NCBI GenBank assembly: GCA_002256025.1
Contig: NKIB01014467.1
Location: 1-43,093 of the forward strand
Direction of reading: 5' to 3'
Length of the DNA stretch: 43,093 bases
From: Asterionella formosa
Lineage: Eukaryota
A program made the position numbers and the translations under genes. Below the pieces are notes generated by a model. The model saw nothing but the letters and a program-made list of their open reading frames with translations. It had not been told where the DNA came from and did no database searches. The number at the start of each line of letters is the position of its first letter. The first letter of the stretch is position 1. This document shows, piece after piece, positions 31,889 to 43,093 of the stretch.

Positions 31889-34800
31889 CTACCTGTAGTA
31901 TATTTTGACTTCTGGGAGAGTAACACTCCCTTGTTCGGACATCGCTTCGCCCAGCTCTTCATCCCTTTGCACTTCAAGATTCGGAGGTCCTCTAACCGGC
32001 TGCCCATGTCCGACCCGTTTAAGAATCGCTCCTGCTGCAAAGCAATATTTCTGATGACCGGTAATTATATCAGTGACATCAACATTTTCCACTCCTGGTA
32101 AATCTACGACACAAGTTCCACACACTTTCTTAAAGCTCATGCGTTTGTATTGGAACATGAGCGATAAAATCAAATCTTTTCTGGAATAGCAATTTACGAG
32201 GCGCCCAGCAACAATCTGCCGACAAGCTTTCCAGCTTCGTATGCTTAGGTGATTGGGCGTTCCCATCAAAATCACATCTTCCACTATGCTTGCAGGCTCT
32301 CGCATGTGCTCTAGTTCGGGGTTTGTTTTGTAGGGGGTCTTGGAACCTTCCGATTCAGACTTTCTCTCTCGTTCCTCCTCCCATTTCTCTTGGTACTTTG
32401 ATAGCTCCTTTAGGCAGCTATAGATAGTTCGAGCCCCCATAGAAAATCCAACCAGCGTTACAGGGCGATGTCCAGCTCGACTAAATAACAGACTTTTGGC
32501 CAATTCTTTCCCTGCCGTATCTGCACGCTCAGCAGCAAGGGTCCAAGTCCCATCAATCAAATCTGCCGCCTTGACAAGTGCAACAGGAAATGCCACTGCA
32601 GTTACCAAAGTAGCAAAAATAGTTGCCTTCAGGATATGCTGCGTTGCATTACTGACAATATCGATCGCTAAGTCCTCCACTGAGTTACAGAGCTCCAAGA
32701 GAAGATTACTCTCCCACTTGATTGTATATAACTCGCCTCCATACTGAGCTTGATAATCCCAGACAGTAGCAAGGTGAGGTGGCGATTCCCACTTATCTCC
32801 TGTTCCTTCACTTGTAGACGGATGCATCGACTGCGAAGATGCCGATGGGTTTGATTCCATACTCTCTAATTCAGGAGAGAAATCCCTTTCAATTGGAGCA
32901 TTATGGACTTCATCAATCATATCTGCAAAACTCAACCGTTGCAAGCCGTCGTTTACTTCTGCCTTGGGCTTCCGAAATCGCTCTCTCCACCCGTCTCTCA
33001 TCTTTTCGAAAGGAGAAGCTGAACCATATTTCTCATGTGGACCTACGGCATAACCAAGCTCGACAAACAAGTTGTGAATCGCCTCTTTCTGGTCAAGAGA
33101 TAACGACGCACGATACCTTGGGCCATCATCGAGAGGAAATAGGTGATCTGGATCACAACCATATTTTTCTCTCAAAAGTCGCCACAAATACTTTTCTTCG
33201 CCTCTCCACTTATACAAAATGTGATGACATTTGGGAGTGTGATCTGGCTTGTGAATGGAATAGAATCTTTCCAATAGCTCTAATCCATCGTCAATCCTTG
33301 GGTTTGTAGGCATCACACCCCATGGTCGTTGAAAGTCGCACGTGTCTCTGAGCCAGCCAGAAATGCAAATCGTAGTGAAAAGTTCTGCTTCGATTGGGGC
33401 AGCTATGGATCGGCCGTCAGCTCTACGAATGAGACCACTTTCTTTCTTGAATTCAAACTCTGTCAAGCCCTTGGTTCTACGCTGCATTTTATAAGCGACA
33501 AGACCAGCGCCCCCAACCCCAAATATGGATGTTACAGCCGCAGTGCTTGTCAATGCAACGATCGCTGCACTGGCTGTTCCACCTGCCAACGCAGCGCACC
33601 CTGCTGCAATACCGGGTGCCACTAGACCTCCCGTAAGGGCCATCAGACCACCAGCGACGATACCAGCTCCACCAATTTTGAGGCCTCTAATCACATGATC
33701 CCGCGACAATGTCACTGTAAAGCGGCCGTTCGCGGTTTTCGTTGACATCCCTTTGCGTTTTGCAAGGTCTTGTTCGGTAGTCGATAGCTCAAGAATTTTA
33801 GACGCCACCGCATGCTCTAAGGATTCGTATTTACGTGTTGCTCGCTCCAGCAAAATACGCCGATTCCACTCCTGATCCTCAGGACCAAGGTTCTCTGTAT
33901 CCCGTTCCATTTCATGAACGAAAATAATGACACCCAACTTCTTAAAGACATGTCGGATTCGGGCATCATATCCTTCTGCATTTCGTAGCAAATGCTGAAG
34001 TAAGATAAGCGATAAACAACGGAATCCAGATCCTGGAGATAATGACTCCAAGAATGGTCGAAGAACGTCATCTTCGTCGAGCTCCTTGATGATGTCCTGT
34101 TTGTCGTCAATAACAACTTTACTGTCGTCTGTGAACAATTTTCTTCGTTCAGATGCTTTCTTTTTATCGCTATCTTTAAGCGGAACCAATATTTTCGATA
34201 GCATAGGAAGGAATGCCCTAGATTGTGCTGGGTCTAAGAAGAGCAAGTCCGCTGACTTCACCAGAATATCAGTCAGAACTTCATATCGTCGTTGACGATG
34301 CCGCTGAAGCGCAAGTTTGTCTTTTCTCGCGTCACTTCGTGTCCAAAGCTCGTGCATTGAATTCTGGGAGAGGTTAGTTGAGGGAGGGGGTCTCCGAGAT
34401 GAGTCATCTTCTTCGGAGTAGTTGCTGTTGCTGGCCTGCCGAACAGATTTGTGATCCATCTGTTGCCGTGAACGATAATTAATCTTTGTCTCCGATGCAA
34501 TGGAGTGTCCATTTCTGCTCTCAGTATCCTCTTCTCCAAAATCATGATTACTGCTCCAACTGCTGGAAACGGCTATCTCATCGTTGTCTTCTTCGCCTTC
34601 ACGCCCATCGAGATAAGCCATGGATTCTGTTGAATTGTCGGTTTCCCCAGAAACGTCATAGTCATACGATGACGCAAGGACTGCAGCTAAACAACCTATG
34701 AATCGTTTTCTGTCGTCTTCTTCGGGAAAGGCAGGAATTTTTTTGGTTTGCAAAGAGCGAAGAGTAGGAGACAACAAAGTGGGTCGGGGGCGATCACTGT

Positions 34801-35035
34801 TGACTGAGTCATCGTCGTCTGATACCATCGAATTTGGGGCATCTAACACAGATTTCGCAGCCGATAGAAGCAACGATTCTGTATAGGATGCGGAATCTTC
34901 AATGGCATCCCCATTGACGCTGCTGCTTTCTGCCAAAGGATGATCAGATACTCCTCGCTGTTTCCTCAGAATCGCCTGCGTTTCTGTTGAAGAATTCATT
35001 TTGGGAACGTTGCGTTCGCTTCCGTTGCTGCTCAT
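31889..35035 (-). CDS. TMCO4/DUF726-family protein (transmembrane segment plus alpha/beta-hydrolase-like domain)
   Basis: GYDARIR, Gly/Ala-rich ALTGGLVAPGIAAG, RRTKGLTEFEF, ISGWL, IDGTW..A.ERA..AG..LA..L, RPVTLVGFSMGAR (GxSxG), VAGRLVNCYS..D.IL, VENVDVTDIITGH..Y. Confidence 0.9.
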   Translation of the reverse strand: MSSNGSERNVPKMNSSTETQAILRKQRGVSDHPLAESSSVNGDAIEDSASYTESLLLSAAKSVLDAPNSMVSDDDDSVNSDRPRPTLLSPTLRSLQTKKIPAFPEEDDRKRFIGCLAAVLASSYDYDVSGETDNSTESMAYLDGREGEEDNDEIAVSSSWSSNHDFGEEDTESRNGHSIASETKINYRSRQQMDHKSVRQASNSNYSEEDDSSRRPPPSTNLSQNSMHELWTRSDARKDKLALQRHRQRRYEVLTDILVKSADLLFLDPAQSRAFLPMLSKILVPLKDSDKKKASERRKLFTDDSKVVIDDKQDIIKELDEDDVLRPFLESLSPGSGFRCLSLILLQHLLRNAEGYDARIRHVFKKLGVIIFVHEMERDTENLGPEDQEWNRRILLERATRKYESLEHAVASKILELSTTEQDLAKRKGMSTKTANGRFTVTLSRDHVIRGLKIGGAGIVAGGLMALTGGLVAPGIAAGCAALAGGTASAAIVALTSTAAVTSIFGVGGAGLVAYKMQRRTKGLTEFEFKKESGLIRRADGRSIAAPIEAELFTTICISGWLRDTCDFQRPWGVMPTNPRIDDGLELLERFYSIHKPDHTPKCHHILYKWRGEEKYLWRLLREKYGCDPDHLFPLDDGPRYRASLSLDQKEAIHNLFVELGYAVGPHEKYGSASPFEKMRDGWRERFRKPKAEVNDGLQRLSFADMIDEVHNAPIERDFSPELESMESNPSASSQSMHPSTSEGTGDKWESPPHLATVWDYQAQYGGELYTIKWESNLLLELCNSVEDLAIDIVSNATQHILKATIFATLVTAVAFPVALVKAADLIDGTWTLAAERADTAGKELAKSLLFSRAGHRPVTLVGFSMGARTIYSCLKELSKYQEKWEEERERKSESEGSKTPYKTNPELEHMREPASIVEDVILMGTPNHLSIRSWKACRQIVAGRLVNCYSRKDLILSLMFQYKRMSFKKVCGTCVVDLPGVENVDVTDIITGHQKYCFAAGAILKRVGHGQPVRGPPNLEVQRDEELGEAMSEQGSVTLPEVKIYYR

Positions 35036-36698
35036 TCTTAAATGGAACGGTTCAGGAGCTCAGCACAACTGCTAATTAGGGACGTCAGATGGTCGGGAAG
35101 CAGAGAGCAGGCTACTTATTTGATATCTACTTGTACTCCGATATATTCTTGTTTACGGCAACGCGTTCAGTAATAATGGACTAGACTACCGTTACATCCT
35201 CGTGATATGGTAATGGTCAAATATTTGCCTGCGCTCGGCCCAATCTACCAGTATGTTCTATACAAAGGCCTACGTAGTCGTCGTGTGTGTACAATAAAAT
35301 GAGTTCGTTTATCTATATAAATATACACGGTATATGCATAAGAAACGTTTTCCCGGTACCAGTNNNNNNNNNNNNNNNNNNNNNNNNNNNNNNNNNNNNN
35401 NNNNNNNNNNNNNNNNNNNNNNNNNNNNNNNNNNNNNNNNNNNNNNNNNNNNNNNNNNNNNNNNNNNNNNNNNNNNNNNNNNNNNNNNNNNNNNNNNNNN
35501 NNNNNNNNNNNNNNNNNNNNNNNNNNNNNNNNNNNNNNNNNNNNNNNNNNNNNNNNNNNNNNNNNNNNNNNNNNNNNNNNNNNNNNNNNNNNNNNNNNNN
35601 NNNNNNNNNNNNNNNNNNNNNNNNNNNNNNNNNNNNNNNNNNNNNNNNNNNNNNNNNNNNNNNNNNNNNNNNNNNNNNNNNNNNNNNNNNNNNNNNNNNN
35701 NNNNNNNNNNNNNNNNNNNNNNNNNNNNNNNNNNNNNNNNNNNNNAATATGTATGGGGATGGTGCATTGTTTGCTTTGGCTGTGCGTTCTTTTTGTTATG
35801 ATATCATTCTTGCTTCGACTAGGTAGATCTAACGGTAGTTACCTTACATACTATATCTGTATGTATTGTAGAAAACCAAGTTGCTCCATTGGTACCTACC
35901 GTAGCTACGTACATATTACGTAGTTTCTGGCAGGCTCGTATGTAGTACTAAAAATGATCAAAGGAGAACGTTTTGGTTGTTTGTTGTCATTGAAAGCACG
36001 GTCATGCCGCTTTGCCTTTTTTTCTTCGTAGAGTTATGATATTTATGTACACTGGGCCTTACTATAAACCTAAACCATGAATTTCTCCCTTGGCGGTTGT
36101 TGGTAAAGAAATGCACGCAAGGCTCTCACATCAAGGGACGACCGACGATACACACCGAGGAAATATTTTGTAAACAGAACCTCGACAATTTTTGTGAGAA
36201 ATGTAATATACATTCAGCATCGAGCTGGATGTACCGGTATGATAAACCTGTGAAGGGTTTCGGAATACCTATTACAAGGCAAAGTGACTTCCCACGCAGC
36301 AGCCATTAAGTCCAGCAAGGACCACATGTGCACCCAATCAGATGTGAATGCATGAACTACCGGTATACATAGTTTTGACTGCCTACTGGTACCGTAAAAC
36401 AATCAAAATGGAGCAGTTGCAGCTAGACAAGAAGTCTACAATACCTACTGGGATACCGGTACTCTCGCTCTGTGGAGAGCTCGAGATGGCACAGCAACTC
36501 TGGAGTATAATGGGCTAGATTGTCAGTTTTCGGCGTACTGAGCCGCAGTAGAACTCCTTCATCGAATCTATAACCCTGCATTTTCCACTTGTGCTGTTCC
36601 ACTCAGTGCTGGGTACAATGCAATACTTTCCACCACGGGGAACTCCAAGGTTCAATCATAACACTCGATTCGACCTTGTCAAGATCCTCGCCATTACA

Positions 36699-37671
36699 TC
36701 ATATCAATTCTTGAACAAGTAGCAACCGAACTCCTCTCAACAACAGTCGACCTCCATTTGGGTCGTTATCGGATGCATAGACAGCTGATGCATCATCCGT
36801 GGCTTGCAAAGAGTCGTCAGACCCATCATCGTCGCCAGTGACAGCTGTTGCAACCTCATCGCTGTGACTTGAATTTTCGACGAAATAGTCATCGTCTCTA
36901 AGATTGCCACGAGAATTGCCGCCTGTACTGGAGCTTGCATGTTCATTGTTGATTCGAATTGACGTTGTGACAACAAGATAGACCAGTAAAAAAATTAACA
37001 TTCCGATCAATGTGACTTCAATGCCCCGACGAATGTGTTTAGGGAGGCATCCACAAACAGGACAAGCAGCTCCATATGCTGAATCATGGGGTGTCCACTC
37101 ATCTTCACTGAACGATTCCACTGTCATTTCATCTCCTTTGGTCGAGCCACCTTTAGATAAATTGGATACCTTGTTCCATATACCGTCGCCGCGTTTGGTT
37201 GATTTTGGAGCCGGCTGGGGCACTTCAGCCGCAATCGACTCGGCCTTTGGAACGTCGGCAGTTGCTGCTACATTGTTTGCGGAGTAAATATTCATGACGT
37301 CGCCATAGTACGGGTTCGTGTTGCTGTCAAAGCTAGGATGAGATTTGTTGCTTCTCAGCCAAGGTATTCTATTTTCCCAGGACATGCCTCCGGATTTAGC
37401 GGAACACTCGTCAATGTCCGGTTGTGACATGGTTGGAGACAATGATGCAGCCGGCGAGGTTCTCACAAAGGGTCCTCGTCGTCGGCGTCGCGTTGGTGGG
37501 GATGATGCCGGTGGTGGAGGAGGTTCCAGCTTCAACAGCGGCTTCTCATTGTAGTCGGAGCTTTGCTGTTGGCTAAGCAGTGTTTCTTGAAAGCTGATTG
37601 CGGGATGCACGGGTTTTTAGTCACTTGCTCAAGGAACTTACTAGCTGACTCGATTCGATACCCACAGACAT
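36699..37671 (-). CDS. Uncharacterised single-pass membrane protein; predicted exons 37671-37642 and 37565-36699
   Basis: The long ORF lacks an ATG at its 5' end. A 76-nt GTAAGT...CAG intron (37566-37641) joins an upstream 10-codon exon MSVGIESSQL in frame. One TM segment (IEVTLIGMLIFLLVYLVV) follows AYGAACPVCGCLP, and the C-terminus is Asp-rich. Confidence 0.65.
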
Positions 37672-38443
37672 TCTCACCTTGATTTCATCGTTAACACACT
37701 CAGAGGGTTTGTGGTTCTCTTGTTGACATGAGACAAAGTGCCATAGGTTTTGAACCAGAGAGCCTATAAATCCTCTTGAACTGAGTTTTTTTTTAAGTCT
37801 ACAACTGTAATATATATACCGGTTATGTGTTGTGGAACATTCAACTCTATGTCCAATGCTGCGCAGAAGTACAACCAACAAAGCAATGCAACAGGAACAA
37901 ATGAAATAATGATCATAGCAATATAAGACATACCGTGTACCCGGTATACCTTCAGCCGGTGGAACCTGGTACCAGTACCGTACGTACTGGTAGGATACCA
38001 GGTACCGCTCCCCGCTGTATGACGGCAGAACAATAAGGACGAAATCTCATCCTCAAGAAATCAGCCCGAGTCGTGTACCTGTTCTACCAGGGTACCTGGT
38101 ACCCTTCTACGGTAATGTACCACGTATGCATGTACCCGGTAGTCTACAAAGCTACCGCAAACACAGGTACTGGTAATGTAAGTGGTGCCTGGTGGAGTAC
38201 GACAAGACCTAAAATCCCTGCCTTGGCTGCAGTCTAACGGCCAATGTGACGGGCTGGTGTGTCGTGCGAATACTTTTGAATTCACTGGCCTTCCACCACC
38301 TTGTAACTGCGACATACCCGCTTTCCTTGAACGGTCCGTTCAAACGAGCCTGTCGGACTCGACGAGAGATCACGCCGGCCGACGAAGCCAAAACCCACCA
38401 AGCAGAATGATCATGTGTCAGCCACCAGGAACGGAGGAGTACT

Positions 38444-38461
38444 GGTACCTGGTACCTGGTA
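38444..38461. repeat. GGTACCW heptamer tandem repeat (about 2.5 units)
   Basis: GGTACCT GGTACCT GGTA read directly from the sequence. Confidence 0.85.
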
Positions 38462-38948
38462 ATACAACCGGTGAACTCGTCCTTACCGTACATACGACTA
38501 AAATAAACATACCGGAGGGAGATGTGGTATGTACAGGACTGATCCTGTGGTTAATGCTAGTCTACATACCTACCAGACGTGACCATTTTACTGGCGTGCA
38601 TAGAAATGACAGAACGGTACATGCATTCCGGAATTATGATAAATACCGTACATTGAAGTAGACGCTAGTATAAAGTACGGTATCGTTGAATGGCATTTAG
38701 TCATAAAAGTACCACAAAATACGTAGAAAACATCACTTTTATCGTATTCTTCGTATACTTAGAAAGGACATTTCGGTATAACATTTAAAAAAGCATCATA
38801 AAGTCACCGTTCATTTTCACCAGCAGCACATCCTCAGCACTGTCATCGTTGGAGTGGTGCCTGGTACTGTACCAGGCACTATGGGTAGCGGTAGCCACTG
38901 ACTCACAATCGCCTACCGGTATAGCAAAAGAAATTGTACCGTAGAACC

Positions 38949-40072
38949 ATGTTGTTCCAATCATCCAACCCAGGGTACTACGGCACAACCGCCTTCTTAC
39001 TCTTTAGCCCGCTGTCTGTCATTTACACAGCCTTGTCCCATGTTTGCTTTGCCTGCCTGGGGTCACTCAAGATTCAGGATGTGCCGACCGAGTCCATTGG
39101 GACTGAAACGCCACACGTCCTCAACAAGAAAGTAGCCATTGTGACTGGAAGCAACACTGGTATTGGGTTTGAAACGTCCAGGGCATTGGCTGATCGCGGG
39201 TATGAGGTTATTTTGGCGTGTCGATCTCGCGATAAGGCCATGCTTGCCGTTCGCCAAATCCCAAATGCTGTCTTCTTGCATCCTCTGGACCTGTCCTCCA
39301 AGGAAAGTATTGAAGAATTTGCTACTGTCGTCAAGGCAAAGTATTCCACCATTCATTTACTTGTAAATAATGCGGGTCTGAATACCTCGGGACGACTAGA
39401 AGGAGGTCTTGATCTATGTTTTCAAACCAACTTCCTCGGCCACTTTTTGTTGACGGGACTCTTGCGTCCAGTGCTATCGTCAACAGGACGTGTGGTCAAT
39501 CTGTCGTCTGTGATGCATCATTTTTCAGATGTTGAAGAGAAAGATGAAAGATATTGGCGACGTTGCACACTCTATAATGAAAAACAGAGCACGTATACAC
39601 CTTCTAAATTGGCAGCACTCTTGTTTACAATAGAATTGAACAAACGGGGCATCAAATCCTACGCAGTGAATCCAGGGGCTGTGTGAGTACCGGTATACCA
39701 ATACTCTGTGGCCAGACGTTCCTTTTGGTCTTTCACTAACTTTCTCACTATCTACCATACAGAAATTCGGACATTTGGAGAGGGTTTCCTCGCTGGATCA
39801 TTCCCATCTTTTCGTTACTTTACATCAACAACGCACAAGGCGCATTCACATCGATTGCTGCTTGTTTATGTGATTTCGATTCGAGTGTCATATACCTTCA
39901 ACCATACTGGCTGCCTTTTCCCAAACGCCCTGCCTTTCCTCCAATGGAAATGCTTGGACCCTTTGTGGGCTATGCCGCCACTGCACCAAGGTTGCCAGAC
40001 ATGGATGGTACGGCGGCTGCTGCCTTGTGGAAGGTGAGTGAAGAAGTAACAGGGTATTATACCAACAATTGA
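38949..40072 (+). CDS. Short-chain dehydrogenase/reductase (RDH12/WWOX-like); exons 38949-39682 and 39763-40072
   Basis: TGSNTGIG, LACRS, LDLSS, NNAG, TNFLGHF, NLSS, YTPSK. Intron 39683-39762 (GTGAGT...CTAAC...CAG) gives VNPGAV|NSDIWR, and exon 2 ends ALWKVSEEVTGYYTNN*. Confidence 0.9.
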
Positions 40073-42103
40073 TGAATCGTAATGCATACATGTCGGCAAC
40101 CTTTTGATTTGGCAAAGATCTGTGTTGGTTCCCTCTGAGAAGAAATAAAGTTGTATCATCTGCACTGTAGGGGGTTCAAAGCCACATTGGAAGAAATTAT
40201 CTGCTCTTGGTATTCACATGCACTTGGAAACGTTGGCAACCTACTACCGGTACAGTTGTTGTTCTGGTGCTAATTGAGAAAGTAGCTGCATTTGTCTCAA
40301 TGTCCCTGGTATCATTTGCCTTTTGAATATGCAGTGTGCTTCTTACAACATGTTGTGCAATTATGGCTCCAACATTGGCACTTTGATGCGGCCTCTGCTA
40401 TTGGCACTTGCTATCATATGATCTATGTATAGATAAACTAAAAATATTATAAGCATCAGGCAAATGATCTTCTACATACCATTATGCATTTTCGTAAGAA
40501 GTGCAATGACAGGCGCATGAACCAACTCCATGATGACCACTTTGCTTAACTGTTCCATTTCCATGACACAAAATACCAACATAGTATACCAGTAGTCAGT
40601 CTATGTATCAAAGTATGATGCATAATTAAATATTTCACTTAAAATAATTATTCTAATCTGGTACCTCAGGTAGCATGATGATTCTAGCTAAATGCAATAG
40701 ATACAAAGTCAAATANNNNNNNNNNNNNNNNNNNNNNNNNNNNNNNNNNNNNNNNNNNNNNNNNNNNNNNNNNNNNNNNNNNNNNNNNNNNNNNNNNNNN
40801 NNNNNNNNNNNNNNNNNNNNNNNNNNNNNNNNNNNNNNNNNNNNNNNNNNNNNNNNNNNNNNNNNNNNNNNNNNNNNNNNNNNNNNNNNNNNNNNNNNNN
40901 NNNNNNNNNNNNNNNNNNNNNNNNNNNNNNNNNNNNNNNNNNNNNNNNNNNNNNNNNNNNNNNNNNNNNNNNNNNNNNNNNNNNNNNNNNNNNNNNNNNN
41001 NNNNNNNNNNNNNNNNNNNNNNNNNNNNNNNNNNNNNNNNNNNNNNNNNNNNNNNNNNNNNNNNNNNNNNNNNNNNNNNNNNNNNNNNNNNNNNNNNNNN
41101 NNNNNNNNNNNNNNNNNNNNNNNNNNNNNNNNNNNNNNNNNNNNNNNNNNNNNNNNNNNNNNNNNNNNNNNNNNNNNNNNNNNNNNNNNNNNNNNNNNNN
41201 NNNNNNNNNNNNNNNNNNNNNNNNNNNNNNNNNNNNNNNNNNNNNNNNNNNNNNNNNNNNNNNNNNNNNNNNNNNNNNNNNNNNNNNNNNNNNNNNNNNN
41301 NNNNNNNNNNNNNNNNNNNNNNNNNNNNNNNNNNNNNNNNNNNNNNNNNNNNNNNNNNNNNNNNNNNNNNNNNNNNNNNNNNNNNNNNNNNNNNNNNNNN
41401 NNNNNNNNNNNNNNNNNNNNNNNNNNNNNNNNNNNNNNNNNNNNNNNNNNNNNNNNNNNNNNNNNNNNNNNNNNNNNNNNNNNNNNNNNNNNNNNNNNNN
41501 NNNNNNNNNNNNNNNNNNNNNNNNNNNNNNNNNNNNNNNNNNNNNNNNNNNNNNNNNNNNNNNNNNNNNNNNNNNNNNNNNNNNNNNNNNNNNCTGTTAG
41601 GGTACGTCAGGGACCAGATAGGCTGTAGATATAAACAACAATGTCACAGAGATTGATTGTAATCATTCCTAAAAGTTTTAATAGAATTATGGTTTTCCAG
41701 ATTGTTTTCGAATTCTGATCTTGATATTCTTTTGTTTCATTTGATTTAGCATATATATGCATGTATGTAGGTAGGTAATTTCATGTCATACCGTGACGTT
41801 TGTATTGAAATAATTTCTCGTCATTGTTCGCTCACATCATTCATGTAAGAAAAAAAGTAAATTCTGATTGTTTGATTCTTTGAACCATTCAGTAGGTAGA
41901 TCTCCTTCTTCCACAGACAAGCACGCAAGAGCACATGATCACCAGCAGAGCGAGTTGCTTCGAAGTAGAAGACACAACTTTTGTTCTTGTCATTCAATAA
42001 AGTCTACAGCAAGTCGTCAAAAAAATACTAGGACGGACGAAAATAGTTTTGTCAAAGCAGCAGCGCCGACTATTGGCAGCGATTCACTCACAACAAAATT
42101 GCG

Positions 42104-43093
42104 ATGAGTGATTCCCCCATCCTTCACAATGCCTTGGGATCCGCTGCGGCAGGAATTGTGGCGAGACTCCTGACACATCCCTTGGACACGGTACGTGTGT
42201 AAACGACGCCGTCCTCCATTACCTTGCCTTGTTCCTGTCTTGTCGTTTTTAATTCTTATCATTCGTCAGGCCAAGGCCCGACTCCAAGCACAATATGGAG
42301 GATCATCGGTGAACTACTATCGAGGACCCATGGATGTATTGAATCGGACCTTTCGAACGGAGGGGGTGATGGGACTATATAGAGGATTTGGTGCTATACT
42401 GGTGGGAGGCACACCTGGGACCATGATGTATTTATGCAGTTATGATATCATCAAAGGCCGCCTTTCGTCGTACAGCACACGTGAAGAAACCGATTTCATG
42501 GTACATTTTCTGTCTGGAATGTTGGCCGAGTCTATTGCTTGTATTATCTACGTTCCAGTTGATGTAATAAAGGAGAGACTGCAAGTACAGCACAGTGGCG
42601 TGGACGGATCCTCGAACAACTACCGAAATTCTATGGACGCCATGCGACAAATATCCAAAAAGGAAGGCCTAGCAGGAATATACAAAGGGTATGGGGCAAC
42701 ATTAGCTTCGTTTGGGCCCTTCTCAGCACTGTATTTTGTGTTCTATGAGCGTTTGAAAGCTATGTCACAACAGTCAAACAAGAACAATGAACTCCCGTTT
42801 GCATCCATTGTATTATGCAGTTGTAGTGCCGGGGCTTTGGCTTCGTGGTTGACCTCTCCTCTCGACATGGCCAAGCTGCGATTGCAAGTGCAACGTGGAA
42901 ACCTAGAAAATTCTGCAGAGGCCACTACTGTTGTGTACAGAGGCATGATGGACTGTCTGAGGTCAGCCTACAGACAAGGAGGTATACAAGCCCTGTTTCG
43001 AGGTGCCGGTGCTCGAGTCTTGCACTTCGCACCCGGTACTACTATTACTATGACATGTTACGAAACCTTTCGTTCTTATTTTGCCAAGTCACT
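42104..43093 (+). CDS. Mitochondrial carrier (SLC25 family); exons 42104-42190 and 42270 to window end, 3' truncated
   Basis: Three PxDxxKxRxQ signatures (PLDT|AKARLQ, PVDVIKERLQ, PLDMAKLRLQ) and EG..GLYRG / EG..GIYKG / GG..ALFRG repeats. Intron 42191-42269 is GTACGT...CAG. Not in the ORF track because there is no stop within the window. Confidence 0.93.

Noticed and set aside
18430..41628. Long ORFs in the track that are mostly X (e.g. 18430-19281, 25474-26124, 30525-31451, 35287-35826, 40675-41628)
   Set aside because: Artefacts of reading through N gaps.

Overview
Eukaryotic nuclear DNA, most likely a diatom (inferred from short GT-AG introns of about 70-90 nt, a DUF6824-type gene and a diatom-style piggyBac relic). 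There are five N gaps (18652-19099, 25503-25961, 30601-31373, 35364-35745, 40716-41593). About 13 protein genes are supportable: Prp5/DDX46 helicase, a rhomboid-family pseudoprotease, a Set1-like methyltransferase, a WW-WW-NELF-C/D fusion, an ABCC/MRP transporter (4 introns), a trypsin-fold protein with Cys at the nucleophile position, two SDRs, a DUF6824 protein, a TM-RING-H2 ligase, TMCO4/DUF726, a single-pass membrane protein and a mitochondrial carrier that the ORF track misses. Non-coding DNA holds a CpG-depleted, internally deleted piggyBac relic and a tRNA-like Pol III element. The most notable signals are: (1) a strongly over-represented palindrome family (TACCGGTA / TACCWGGTA / GGTACCW tandems) concentrated upstream of gene starts; (2) an unusually long Prp5 intron with three consensus branch points leading to stop-generating acceptors, a candidate autoregulatory splicing circuit; (3) a 3C-like cysteine protease candidate; (4) a WW-fused NELF subunit outside metazoans. 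All family assignments come from motif recognition by eye; no database searches were run.
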